Below are positions 44,801-59,296 of a stretch of DNA of 64,000 nt, piece after piece. Within the stretch, counting starts at the first letter, position 1; each line of letters opens with the position of its first letter. The DNA is taken from assembly GCA_012295275.1 (NCBI GenBank), contig CM022671.1:25296001-25360000 (forward strand), read 5' to 3'. The stretch is from Chrysomallon squamiferum (Eukaryota; Animalia; Mollusca). The position numbers were made by a program, and so were the translations under genes. The notes under the pieces were generated by a model that worked only from the letters and a program-made list of their open reading frames with translations, had not been told where the DNA came from and searched no databases.

Positions 44801-47800
44801 GTTACATGAACTAAAATGAAATATACAGACACCGTATTTTATCCCTTATAATTTTTATTTTTTAAAAAAAAAAAAAAAAATTTAAACTATATTGTGGTTT
44901 ATTAATAAATTAATAAAAAATTCAACATGACAGAATCCTTCTCATTTTCCAAAATGGTTCTTTTTTCTTTGTTTACTTCTGTTTTTAAATTATTTTTCAT
45001 TATTTCATCATTATTATTATCTAATTTTTATTTTTATTTATTATTATTTTTATATTTGTTATAGTGGGAGTTGTTTTTAGGTCATACAAGAATGAAACAG
45101 GATGGACATTAAATAAACTAAATCTTTTAATAATTCTATTTAGTTTATTTCTAATAATTATATGTATATGCAGTTTTCATGTTTTACCAAGAAAGATTTA
45201 AAAACAACTTGATTTTTTTAATAAATAGTTGCAGATTATTTTTTTATTCAGTGATTAAATAAAGATATCACTTAAAATGCATTTCATTATTAAAACTGAA
45301 ACATTATGTACTGAACTGTTGTTGTGTTTCAGGTTTTGTGGAGAATGCAAGTCGAAAGTCCATTTGGCATATAGTATTTTAGTAGGGGAAAAGGACTGTT
45401 GTAAAGAAAAAGGTTACTGTGCTAGGCTGTATGAAAACTTGAAGCGCTGTCCCAAACAAAGACATGTTCATGTCTTATGTGATACAAAATTCATAGCACA
45501 ACTTATTGAAAAAGCTGAGCCAGAACTTGCAGGAAAGTGAGTTGTTGGTATTTTTTCTTTCATACAAAATTAAAGATCAGTATTTAACTGTTTTGTAGTT
45601 TTACTTTATCATGATACAGGTAGAAAACTGAGCTGTTTGTCATCCACTTGTTTTAATGTGTACCTAATTGTAATTTATATTTATTTCAGAAATGTACTCT
45701 GCTCATAAAATAATGCTCTTTATTTTTGCAGCCGTAAGATTTTTCAGATATTTCTGAATTTGTTTTGAGATTCCTTTACTAAATAATCCTTTTATTTATA
45801 CATAGCCGAAGAGATAGACATGCCAAGACTTTAGATATAGCACAAGAAGAGGTTCTAACATGCTTGGGAATTCACATCTATGAAAGATTGCATCACATTG
45901 GGCAAAAGCTCCGCTCTGAAGAACAAACTTGGCAGATTTTATTCTACCTTGGTGTTGATACTTTGAAGAAAAGTTTTGAGGTAATTCATAAACTATGCAG
46001 TCACATAATAACAAATCTAATTAGATTTATCATAATTTTTTTTTTTATATGTTTCTAGAAAAAAAATGTCTTTACTACAACAGATGCTATTTTGTTATTA
46101 TAAATTAATCATCCATTTTGAAATGAAATTTAAAATATTTATTTACACTTTTGTTTTTTCAATCTGGATATATTTAATAATATTTTGTATTTTTAAAACT
46201 TTGATTACATGAACTTTAGGACATAATTTGTATTTGTCAAAATAGTTTTCAGTTTTGTATTTGTTTCTTTTTTAACCCAGATGGCATTTGAGAGAAAGCA
46301 AGGTGCATCTAATTTGGAATTAATATGTGAAGAATTGCTAAAAGAAGAAAGGCAAAAGGAACAGCGAAGAGAACAGAAAAGACAAAAACGTAAAAAGAAA
46401 AAGGCTAAAAATCAACTGATTGAAAATGTGGAAAAAGAAAATCAACAGAATCTGGAAACAGAAGAAAATATCCATTGTCAAGTAAAAAAACTCAAATACT
46501 TCACATTAAAATATGCCTTTGGTGATATTACTAAGAATAGCATATTATTTAATAGCTTCATGGCTCCATTTGAGAAGGGGGTGAAATAGCAGCTTGCTAA
46601 TTTTTTATAAACATTAATTTCATCTTAGATATGTTACTAAACATTCTGAAATCACTGAATTTAAGAAAAACAGATTTCATAGATCATTCCCAATTTTATT
46701 ATTAATGTTTGGAATTTTCATTCACAGTGTCATCCTGGCTGTACTGAACCTTTGAGTACCTCACATACCTTACACTGTGATAATCATGTCTGCAACGATG
46801 CAAACTTCAATTCACTCCCTGCCTCACTTGAAACATGTAAAAGCTGTGATGTCAACAAGCAGATGACTGATAAATTAGTGCAAAATGGAAGCTGTAGGAA
46901 TATTGATTTCGGTTATTCTTCTGGTGCAGATGGCTGTGAATCCTGCAGCATGCCAAGTTCAAATGAAGGCTCAGATATAGCTTGCTCAGATGGTATTTGC
47001 ACTCATGAAGGTAAAATATATATTTTGATTTAAAAAATTAAGCAAAACATACTTATGCTGCTCTATCAGAAATGATAATGTAAAGGGAAAAAGTTAATTT
47101 ATATTAGTATATGGCTGCCTGACAAAACTGTGATTCTAGTGTTGCTGTTGGAAAATGAATTATTTTCTTGAAGCATTTTCTGTCTGTTTTTATTCATTCA
47201 TTACAAGATAAACACAAAAACGAATGTTTACAGCTTAATTCAAAGTGCCCCATAAATGATTTTAATGTGAATTTAATTTGAGCATTAGTCAGTCCAGTTT
47301 AATTTCGTTATTACAATTTTTATTTAAATTTTTCAAAGGTGGAGAATGTGTTTCCAATGTGTTAACTGACAGTCTAGATAGCTGTTCGAGTTGTCTGTTA
47401 TCCAGCAGTGATTCTCCAAAACATTCTTCTCGATCTTCCAGCTATCAGGTAAAGCATCTTCAGTATTTAATAGCAATTTTGATATTTAAAAAATATCAGT
47501 CTAAAAATCTCTTTTTTTTTCTTTTTCTTTTTTCTTTTAAGAAAAGTTTATGTATAAACTTCTATAATGTTAAAGCTGATTGAAGTTTATTGTCAATTAA
47601 TTTTCTTTTGTTAGTAATTATTCTTATAGTTCCCAGTGAAATTTTATTGAAGTTTTGTTAAAGACAATGGTTGATTAATTTTGAAAAAATAATTTGTTTT
47701 TGTTCTTATTTGTTTGTTTGTTAATTTGTTTTTGTTACCTTTTACTATATTAAATCTTATTTTAGTATGATATTTAATGTTTCAGTTTACAAACCAGAGG

Positions 47801-48316
47801 TTTTCAGGTTGTAGCCAAATGCAACACTGTAACCATTCAGATAGTAGTGCACACTCTACACCAAGCAGAAATGTGATGCCTCTTACATTAGAAGATATGC
47901 TAGAGGTAAGTTAATACCTTTTGCATAATTAACATTTAACAACTGTTGTTCTTTAAAGAGTTGCATTTCTTTGATATATCTATTTTTTATTTATGTATTT
48001 TGATTCTGTATAGTATTTTGTTAACCTCTGAATATTTTTGTGTATTAGAACTTATGTTAATAAAGTTTAAGATATTGATTTATTAAATATTCTTATTTGA
48101 AGATTTGTTTTTTGTTTTTTCATGAAGGAACCGTGTTCATCAGAAGAAGATGGCAATGGTATATCAGAAGAAGATATACAAAAATTCAAGGCTAACCAAA
48201 AAGTGTGGAGGCGAAAACGGCAAGAACTCAGAGAAACGCTGCGACAGAGATTTGAAGATATGCAGCTTCGTGGGGGACCCAGATGTCAATCTGAAGATCG
48301 TGAAAGTGGAGACTGA
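41847..48316 (+). CDS. GGNBP2: Gametogenetin-binding protein 2 (ZNF403)
   Basis: 12 exons: 41847-41930, 42648-42841, 43736-43879, 44097-44195, 44685-44795, 45333-45536, 45806-45980, 46281-46481, 46728-47010, 47339-47448, 47786-47905, 48128-48316. Diagnostic segments MARLVAVCR..FERRQIPL, CVGCRRSVERLF, YLRKHRFCGECK, RRDRHAKTLDIAQEEVLTCLGIHIYERLH, and C-terminal ELRETLRQRF. Confidence 0.95.
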
Positions 48317-51300
48317 CTGTAATGTTTTTGACAAATATATGACAAGATTTATCAGACTTTAATGCTGTCATTGTTTTTATTTTATTTTTTAATTTCTTTC
48401 TTTCTTCTGTTCTAATAAGCCATTTTTTTTTTTTTTAAATGATTACTTGTTAAATTCCCAGTTGATAGCTGGACTCTTAATATGTTCAACTTTGGACAAG
48501 TGACACATTTTAAAAAGAGAAATGTAGATTTTATTACATTTTACAGTGCAGTTTAAATGTTTTCTGACAGAAACTTTTTGACAAGGATTTTATTTTTCCT
48601 ATCATTTCATTTCTAGTTTTTGAAGAATAAAATACAGAAAATACTTACTTACTCTAGACTAGGTTAAAAATATTTTTAGCTAATTTAATATGTGAGAAGT
48701 GGCTAGAAACATATCTTTTTTGGTTGCATCTGCATACCATTGTATTATTCAGTTTAGTTAAGACACACAAAGCGCTAATACCTACCTGTGATTGTAAGAA
48801 AAACAAAAATAAAGTGCACTTCTTTTTAAAAACCTATAAAATCAAAAGATAATATTACTTTGTTATGTATCAGAAGATGAATAACGTTAATGTGTTACTT
48901 TGCTTATTTTCATTATCTTTTTAAAATATTTATATCTGATCATGGAATTGTCAAATAAATTCCACGTCTGCACTATATATGATGATTTTGTTGAATGGAT
49001 ATTAAGAAGAAAATTAATGGCTGGTGTTTAATGTGATCATGAAATAAACAAATCTGTGGTTGATTTTGTATTGGTGAAAATCTGTTTTACAAACAAAATC
49101 CATATCTACATTGATTACTAATTATATATACATATATTTTATTGTTAAAAATAACCTTGTATTAAGCCATGGTGATTTTCTTTTTTTTTTTCTTTAAACT
49201 GGTTATCAGTATAGTAGATCCAGCTGAATTAATTGGATTGGTTATGTTAGCCTCAAAAACCTGCTCTAACAAAATATAACAGCAAAATGGAAAAGTATAT
49301 ATATATGTATGAATAAGAACCTGAGGGGTAAATTTGGCTATGACATATAAACACAAGTTCAGGAAGACACCTAACCCCTCAAGTGTACAAATTTGCATCT
49401 GCAAGTTAAAGATAAAAAATAGGTTTTGAAAGATTGATTTTAATGAAATTAAGAATTTTGAGGTTAATTCTTTTAATCACCATTACTGATTTGGGTATTC
49501 TACAATTATGTCATCATTTATTATTATTACTGCATAGTTTTTGTTATTTGAATATGATTTTTATAGAATAAAATTACTAACTTTTTGTACACTATTTTTC
49601 CAGTTAAAAAGTGACTGAAAAGAAAATGTAGTTAATACAGATCTATAAAAAGCATCTTCAGATAAAATGGATACTGTTTATTTCCTATTCATAAATTTAT
49701 ATCAATTGATTTTATAATTTAAAATGTTTTAATTTTTATAACTTATTTAGGAAAGTATTTAATAAAGACTACTTTAATTAAAAGACTATTCTTATTTCAT
49801 ACTGTTCTTTGTTCATGTTTCCTTCAAATTGTTATTTATTCTCTTGTACAATAAACTGACTATTTCCTAGTAATTTGTAAATGTAACACATAATAAATTG
49901 GGGTTTTGTATTATTATTATAAGAAAAACTGAAATCAATTTAACTTATGCATTTTTATAGATGAATTTTAATTCTTATATAAGACTATTTTACTCCTTTA
50001 TTCTCCAGTATTCATTTTTTGTGTTTTTTGTTTTGCAAATCATGTGGTTATATATTTTAAATATTCATGAATGTTCATTTTAAAATGTTTAATTTTGTAA
50101 TCAAGAAAATTAAATATTATATGCTTGAATAATCATGTCTGAGAAATATCTGATAAAAAATATACAAGACCAGATATATTATATTATGATCAGTTAAATT
50201 CTTAAATGAAGATTGTTAAAAACAGTTGTAATTTACATTGTGGAATTTATACAGTCACCTACAAAAAATAGATATTATAATGTACTTTAAATTTTATGTA
50301 TTTTACATTTTAAAATTTTTTCATTTAATTAAATATTTGAATTTTATCAAATTTTAGATTTCAGTGAAATCTAAAAATTAAAAGTTGCTTTCAGTTGCAT
50401 GAAAATTTGTTTTAATGAAATTGAATTTTTTTTTTTTTTTTTATTTCATTTCACAAATATGTCAGTGTTCTTAAAGGTAAAAAAATATATGTATTTAAAT
50501 GAATTTTAAACTTCAGTATGTAACTCTGGTAATACAGTTGCGTGCAGTGTAAAATACTGAAGAGAATGAAATTACATAAAATCTTGTGATTTTGCTTTGC
50601 TGAATCTGTAATCTGTGATAAAGTGGTAGACTTGATATCAGGGATGGTTGTCAAAAGACATTGCCATTTCAGTGATGTTAAATAGTTGCTGCCTCTTTTG
50701 GCAAGAAATGTTAATGTAAAGCAGCAACAAACTATACAGTTTATTCTATATTACCTGATTAAAAGAAAAGAAACTTGCTGGAGGGAGTTTGAATAAATCC
50801 TCATACATTTTGTTGTCTTCTTTTATTTATTCAAGTACAAATTCATCAAATGTTGAAAGTGTATGACCAAAGTGCATGACCAAGAAATAAAAGCACAATG
50901 TAAAAAATCATATTTAACAAAAATTATAATACAGAAAATATATCACAAAATAGGAAGCAGCATTCAAGATAGCAATAGCAACAGCTGTGTTGTCTTGTAA
51001 ACTAACTAAACTTCCACACAAACAGGATTAAGCACTGTTAAAGCACAGCTCAAGTAATACATAACCTTTGACAACAACTGAAAATAAATACGAAGCTGTG
51101 AGTGAAAAGGAACTGTTATAATTTCTATTTAGATGTGTTTTTACAACTCTTAATAGCTTTTCTTTAATTTTTGTAACTTCCCTGATGACTGAAAATGTAT
51201 TTAATTTTAAAATGATTACCACTTTTAAGTGTCCATTCAAACTGAATGGTATTTCCTAGAAGTTAATCAGACCAGGAAGTTCTAAAAAAACTATTACTAA

Positions 51301-51993
51301 GTAAACTGAAAATAATGGTATATGAGTGAGGAAAAAGATTTGATTTATCACATTTAGATTAACACTGAAATATTTAATTTCTTAAGAATTTGAAATAGTA
51401 CAAATATATTTTTGATGTTGTAGGTACGCAGGTGTTTTTTTTTACACAAATCTTTACTACTAATAACCTTTTTATTATCTTAATTATTCTTTTGTTTCTT
51501 CTCTATTTTTTTTTTTTGGGGGGGGGTCTTTATTTTTTGTTTTGTTTAACTCGCCAGCAAACGGATAAATGTACGTATGAGCTATGACTACTAAATAATT
51601 TTGTCTGGTCTACTTCCAACGAGTTTTTTTTTTTTTTTTTTTTTTTTTTCCCCTATGACACATACACACATACAATGACAGTCTAATAATTATGCGTGTC
51701 GATTCATAACTTTTTGTAACGAACACTGAACTAAGCTTGAATGATATGGAAAATTAAGCTAGTCAATGAGCTGTGCTAATAAAGCTATCCAGTCCACCTC
51801 ACTACACTTGTTTTCCGCCCTATGTTAAATGTTAAGCTTTGCACATGAATGTGTTATTATGTGTAAGTTCCGCTAATAAGTAGACCATGCTTCCTGGGCG
51901 ATAAGAAGTACCCAGCGTTAGCGGTCTTCTTGAAGCTAATAAAACCAAGCCAGCGTGATTAGAGCCGCCATTTACAACCCGGTAACATTTTAT

Positions 51994-52170
51994 CCATTTG
52001 AATGCAGGGGACTTACTACTTACTTGCATCGCGCAATAAGCGGTCATTTATCAGCATACGTACATATGAATTTGTTATCATATTTTCTCGTCTAAATCAG
52101 TGTCACTTGCATAAAGTAAGCCCTATTTCGAGATTGTATTAGCTACATGAAGACAGTTTTATTTATTTTA
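51994..52170. repeat. Diverged ~175-bp direct repeat, copy 1 (partner 55286-55470)
   Basis: Shared tacttacttgcatcgc.caataagcggt...taaatcagtgtcacttgc.taaagtaagcc...tgtattagctaca...tttatttattt. Confidence 0.85.
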
Positions 52171-52201
<31 letters not shown>

Positions 52202-54430
52202 CACACGGAAAATATACGATCTTGTGGTTGAAAAAGAGAGCCGATACAAACAGAGAGGCACTGTCAGATTTTAACTGTAATACGACTCTGTTTTATAGTT
52301 GGGGCCCTATATTGTATGTCTCGTGTGTCCTGGTTTTAATTCACAGGAACATGTTAAATTAAAGAAAGGATCAGCTCATCCACATATAGTCTGTTTTTAC
52401 CGTAAATTATAACCAATCAAAAATGAGATGTCGATAAGACAGGAGCTTTACATTAATGGAATATTCCGCGTGTTACGAGTTTATCATAGGACACCTGTAT
52501 GTAATAGATCCTCTTTTTTTTCTTCTAACAAATAATACATGCATGCATACGTGTGAAACCTTTTTAGTTTTGGTAAAATAATTTTATTTTATTTTATTTT
52601 ATTTTATTTTATTTTATTTTATTTCATACAGTTAAAATTATAACGTGCACTGTATGCAATACGGTTAAGTACAGAAATTGTTTTACTGTCAACATAATCA
52701 TTTAATGATTTCATCAGTACTAAAGTAATCTTAACAATCGATACAAATTTATTTCTATGAACTACTTCTGTTATAACCAGAATCCTGTGAAAGTAATAAT
52801 AATCTTAAATAAATAATAATAATAATATATTCAGACGGTACTGAAGATCGATAATGGTTAGCTATAGTGATTTAGGTTAATGTGACATACATAAGCTACT
52901 ACAAAATAATAATAATAATAATAATATAAAAAAATAATTGAAAAAAAAAAGAAAAACAGATTCGTTATACATATTTCTTAATAATGATAATAAATAGATG
53001 AATGAATGGATAAATAAATAAAAAATAAATATTTAAAATAAAATAAAATAAAATAAAACGGAGAAATGCAAATGATATTTTTAAAAACATATAAAATACT
53101 CAGTACAGAACTACAGAGTTTCGTAGTAGCTATAGTAGGTTGTTACAGGGAAAAAAAAAAAAAAAAAAAAAAAACAAAAAAAAAAAAACATCGGCTGTGT
53201 ACTGGATCATAGAGAGTGCACTGAATAGCTATTATTAGTTGATGATATTATTTCTGCAGTAACACACAAAGGCACTGACCAACCACATTTCACGTTGTTA
53301 GGCAACCCGTGTTCTATTTTCGCAGTTTTCATCCAAATTAAGCGCAGAATTTGCCTTCAGCTCTTTTGTTAATGCGATTCCATTGTGTTCAAACAAGTAA
53401 TAAAGACATCTAACAGTTTCTCTTCTTGATTATATATTAAATCTTTTGAGTTAACGATTTTATGAACTTGAAAAACAGTTAGGAAGAATTACTGAGAATG
53501 ATCGAAGAATTATTTTATTTGACGACACCTACAGCATATTAAGATAAAATCATTTGCAACCGGGAATTAAATATATTGGTTCTTTACATTTTTATTTGTT
53601 GCATCATGGGATAACATATATTTATTTAATTTAGATATCATAATTATGTATAGCTTTCAACTTCATTTTTAAAAGAAAGGACACTTGTTAATCATCTCAG
53701 GCTTCTGACAATTAACCTCAAAAGAGTTCTTAAATAAACGTTCCATCCTTGGATAAAGAGAAAAAAAAAATTAAAACACTGATTATTTTTACTATAGTAT
53801 CCACAGAAATAATTATGTTATTTTATTCATCATAACAGCGAATAATTAAAACATTTTAGACTGGTCTTGGGAAGTTTGTTGAAGTAAACTCCAATTCTAA
53901 AGTTTATTCATTTGAAATAATATATATATTAATTCTTAAAAAGATGGTGGAAAATCCTGGCGTGAAAAAAAGAAAGGTATTAGATTTACGTGTTACTCAA
54001 AACAGCTAACAAAAAACAGCAACAGATTATAACTAAAATAAAGAAATAAAAATTACTAACCCCTCCCCCCAAAATAAAAAAAAAAAAAAAATATTAAATT
54101 AAAATAACAAAGAAAAAACCCAAATATAAACAAAAGAAAAAACAAACATAGCATTAAAAGCAAGAAAGAAAAGAGGGTGAAAAGAAACAAAAATTTGTAA
54201 CGCTTATAATTAATGTCACGCAGTGTTAAAGCGTGCAGCGGTCAAGTGAGCGACAGAAGACATATTTATACGAGAAAGATCGATAAAGTGTAAATTCATT
54301 AACAACATCCACAATATCGTTGTTACCTAACTGAATACATTTACATAAATATGTTTCAAACATTTGTCTCTATTTCTGGCACTATTTTTCTCGGTAACTT
54401 AAGGTAACAAATCAACTTGTCAACCAGAAA

Positions 54431-54443
54431 TGACGTCACGTGA
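54431..54443. promoter_or_regulatory. Overlapping CRE/E-box TGACGTCACGTGA
   Basis: Perfect TGACGTCA fused to GTCACGTGA; a second CACGTG at about 54512. Confidence 0.35.
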
Positions 54444-55182
54444 GAATGTCTACACACTCGAGGATTACCTCGAGGGAAAACTAAAACCTGTTTCTAACAC
54501 GAGACCATAGGCACGTGATTAATAAGTCACCGGTGGGAATAAAACCTCACAGGCAGTGGTGCATATCATGACTTACACGGATAGTAGGACGAGCTATGTT
54601 TGTCTATTGTATCAGCTAGTCAAAAGAAAAGGAGCGGTTAGGAATGTTTCAACTGAACCTCGGTTTTTTGCTTACGCTACTATGCTGAGAACGAGAACGC
54701 AGTAACGACAAACGAAAAATGGAAATAAATAAAAAGCTGTCAGTCATTTTACATGCTTGAATAAAAGTAATTTACTAATGCATAAAAGTGCACAGATAAA
54801 AATTGTACTATGTGTGTATGTGTATTATATATAATAATATGCAACCAACTGAACAAGATATTTCATGTACTAATTAAATCAACTGTTTTTAATCATTAAC
54901 TGCAAATATTAAAGACTAATAGCATAATTGTTTTTCCGAAAACTAACAATAAAAATACTTTTGTATTAATCAGTTCTAAGGGTCAATCTGTAAAGCACGT
55001 ACACCTAAAGAGCTGGGAGATTCGTTTGGAAATTACATGCGTGCTGGGGCGGAAAGGGGATAGGGTGTTGTTGTCAGAGAACACTGGGTGCATTTGAAAC
55101 ACTGAAGTAGTGTTAGAAATTAACTTTACACATTAATCGTGTCACGTTTCTGTATTTAAAAGTGTCATATCATTTATTAATT

Positions 55183-55220
<38 letters not shown>

Positions 55221-55285
55221 GTCTTACACGTATTAGTATTTGTGTGTGTATACGTCAGCGTGTAATTCAAATGCTTAACTGCTAG

Positions 55286-55470
55286 CCATTTGAAATTTAA
55301 ATGCAGGAGATTAATACTTACTTGCATCGCACAATAAGCGGTTTATCTGCATATGTATGTATGAATCAGTTTTCAACATATTTTCGGTGTAAATCAGTGT
55401 CACTTGCTTAAAGTAAGCCTACTTCAGGACTGTATTAGCTACACAGAGACTGCTTTATTTATTTTTTTAT
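55286..55470. repeat. Diverged ~175-bp direct repeat, copy 2 (partner 51994-52170)
   Basis: As copy 1; 3.3 kb apart, same orientation. Confidence 0.85.
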
Positions 55471-55475
55471 TTTAA

Positions 55476-55534
<59 letters not shown>

Positions 55535-56070
55535 GGTAGATCCACACCTAAGCAGGGGAGATATTATGTAATGATCAAATGCATAGATAACTTGTGTACT
55601 ATTTTATATTTGTCTCATTCATAAGGATAAACTATTTAATATATGGATTCTTTGATCAACTTACTCGTAAGATTGACGAAAGCCCATGGCAATGTTTTTT
55701 TTTTTTTTTTGTTCATTTTTCATTTTTTATTTTTTTTTTTTTTTTTTTTTATAGATATAATATATTATAGATATAACCAATGCTCTAAAATAAATCTGAA
55801 GTGAATACTTAGAAAGGTTAAAAACTATGTAATCAGATCAAGTTTTTTCTTTTTCGGATGCTGTGTATAAATGTTGTCGTGCCTAGAGCAGTTTAATCTA
55901 ACAGTAGGAAATGTTCAAGTACTGAAAGAATTTCGGAGAATATAATTTTTTTCTTCTTTTTTATCCCTCTTTTTATATCTGTTTTATTATTTTATTGTTT
56001 TCTTGATGATATTATGATTTTACCCAAACTGTAAAATGGCCTTAGTTCTATCTTCCTTATTGTTTTTCTT

Positions 56071-56127
<57 letters not shown>

Positions 56128-56945
56128 CTGTGTGTTTTTCTGAATTAAATACATATAGCTGTCTATATACAAACTCCTTGTCATAGTTGGGTTATGTTTA
56201 CTGTAATGATTTGTAGGCTCCACTTGTAAGTTCCCGACCTGGTACGCTTACTATTCTTTTTGTCGCTTCACGCCGGTAAAAGACACGCTATTTGTATAAC
56301 TGTTAAGAAATCGCTCTAAGTGAATTCATTCAGGTGAACAACAGCTAATCAAGGTCGTTTTCTTTTCTTTCTTTCTTTCTGTTTTTATTTTTCTTACATT
56401 TTCTTTTATTTTATTTTATTTTTCTTACTTTTTCTTTTATTTTTTTATTTTATTTTATTTATTTATTTATTTATTTTTTTTTTTTTTTTGCTTGTTGCTT
56501 TTTTTTTTTTCACTTTACAGAAAGAATGTGTATTATTTATGTCATTAATTTTTTTTTTTGTACGTCCCTGACCTGGATTGTGGTTGTTGTATTAACAAAC
56601 TGTTGAATATCAGGTACATAATGCTGCTGATCCAAACTGTGGAAGATTTGTTACTTAAACTGTTAACTGAATTATTAGATTTTAGTCCCGATGGTGTTCT
56701 ACTGTTACCAACTTTAAGTAGGATAAAATATAAACGTGTGTGTGTGTGAGTGTATTAATGCATGCATTTATGTGTTTGTATGTATGTACGTATATGTACG
56801 AATGTGTGTAATTATATATTTATGCGTGCATATATGTGTAAGACGTATGCGTATTTATGTATGTATGTATGTACGTATATGTACGAATGTGTGTAATTAT
56901 GTATTTATGTGTGCATATATATGTGTAAGATGTAAATAAAAAAAA

Positions 56946-57003
<58 letters not shown>

Positions 57004-57501
57004 ACAAAAATAATTGTTTTGAATATCCATAACAAAGTTTCATAACTGCTTTTATCAGTTATGCTGCTGCGAAAGAAAGGCACACCCCCAGTCGTTCAAA
57101 AATCTGTGTCAATTACGTCCGCTATCAGAGCGAGGTCTAAAGCACACATCAACACGTCATAAACGATCTACTACCTCTTCACATTTGTAAAAATATGTGA
57201 CCTATAAATGTAACCAACACCAACATGTCAGTATTAACTGTATTATCTTATTTACTTTGATTGCTTGTATGAAATGAAATTTGAACTTCTAAGTACTGTA
57301 AAAAAAAAAAAAAAAAAAAAAAAAAAGTATTTATTCTATTAATCTTCTCCCATCTGCTTCTTTTTTCTTTTTCACCCGAATTTATACTTTTTTCTTCTTT
57401 TTTTTTTAAACACTAGTTTTGTTCGTCCCCCATCACCATCACCACTATCACAGATTTTTATCGTTAAAAATCGAGGCTAGTGAGAAATATATACGGCAAA
57501 T

Positions 57502-57516
57502 GGAATGTTCTCGAAT
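57502..57516. promoter_or_regulatory. Perfect three-unit heat shock element
   Basis: gGAAtgTTCtcGAAt = nGAAnnTTCnnGAAn. Confidence 0.3.
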
Positions 57517-58648
57517 TGTAAACGAATAATAGTAACACGCAGCACAACACAGCAGTTAATTCTCTTGTCTCAAAGATTGATACACACGTCTCAGCCTAAG
57601 CTTTATCTCACCAGAGAAGAATTTGTCGTACGAGTTCGTGAACTTGTGACGTATGCTAACGAAAATACTTTGTAGGCTATATGAGAGTGAACGAAATAAC
57701 TGTGCGCCACCGGAAACAGGAAACGTGCTGATCATTTAACATGATTTTTACTGTGTTAAAGGGAGTCGGTTATGGCCATAGGCACCTAGATGGACTCAAT
57801 GGACCACACAGATGATGCTCTAGAAGAAGCACATTCTTCGATCTATACATACTAGTCATTTTGTTTACATATAAAACGAGTGCTCCGATTTAAAAATAAT
57901 ATATCAAAACATCTAGAATACTTAAAAATGAACATTATATACGAAATGTTTTCATTGACGTCACCGGTTTATTTGAAGTATCCCACTATGCAACACATTG
58001 TGTCTGCTTTACTTCCATATCCCATAGAATTTAATGCTATTATTACAGCAAAGAACATAGTCCTAGATATCTGGCTCCGTTTTGTCGAGTTCTTTCGCGT
58101 TAATACTTTGTCAATTAATATCACTAAATGCAATCGAATTAACTATTTGCAGTTGAAAATTTTGTCTGATATATAATATTTATTTACATTTCTTTGCCAT
58201 TTTTGAAAAGGATAATGGTTGATTTAGTTATGGTGTGTGGAAAAGCAAAGCAACTAAGGTCATTTAAAACCAAACAATTATATTTAATATAAATGTTTTA
58301 TAACATCTTTTTTATTTTGTTGTTGTTGTTGCTGTTTGTTTGTTTTCTTTGTGTGTTATTTATTATTTTTATTATATAAACTTTCTTTATTCTTTTACTA
58401 GCTGTCTGGCAGGTACGTGACGGAGTCATTAACCTGGTCTACAGAGAATACTGTTCTGGCGCCGAAAGCTATCTAATGATTCAATTCCGTAATCAGTTAA
58501 ACTACCTTCTGCAATTTGTTCTTCATGTGAAGTACATTCTTGATACATCACCATGGCTTACAAATTAATATATATATTACTTTTGTCTGAATAAAAGAAA
58601 TAAACGAGGCCTCTATTTTTAAATGAAATCATTTAATTTTTTGAAATA

Positions 58649-58689
<41 letters not shown>

Positions 58690-58731
58690 AAATAAATAAA
58701 TAAAATAGTAATAAAAAATGGATGTTTAGGT

Positions 58732-58790
<59 letters not shown>

Positions 58791-58829
58791 GTGTACTTAC
58801 GTCATTTTCACTATTGTTATTGTTGTTAT

Positions 58830-58866
<37 letters not shown>

Positions 58867-59203
58867 GTTTTATGTTATTTTATTTTATTTTATTTATTTA
58901 TTTATTATTATTATTATTATTAGTAGTAGTAGTAGTAGTATTACTGAATAGCGAGAAAAGATCTATCAGGTGAAAGCGATTTTCGCAGACTTCGCCTCAA
59001 ACACTGATACTTTTACAAAGAGGATTAACTGCTGTAGATAGAAATTCGGTCAAATAAAAAATCAATATAGATACCTTATAAATAATTGTATGTTATCTAT
59101 ACACGTATTTGTTACTGTTGTATTTCTTGAAAATTTGATCTTATCGCCTTGTATACCCCTTAAGCGTATTCTTTCATTTCAATGAATCAGGTATGTACTC
59201 TGG

Positions 59204-59217
59204 GTGCGCATGCGCAC
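59204..59217. promoter_or_regulatory. NRF1/Ewg palindrome GTGCGCATGCGCAC
   Basis: Perfect 14-bp palindrome containing TGCGCATGCGCA, 1.9 kb upstream of the 14-3-3 ATG. Confidence 0.35.
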
Positions 59218-59265
59218 ATACTGACGAACTTCAGTTAAAAGATTTCTGTGTATTAATCCACTAAA

Positions 59266-59296
<31 letters not shown>

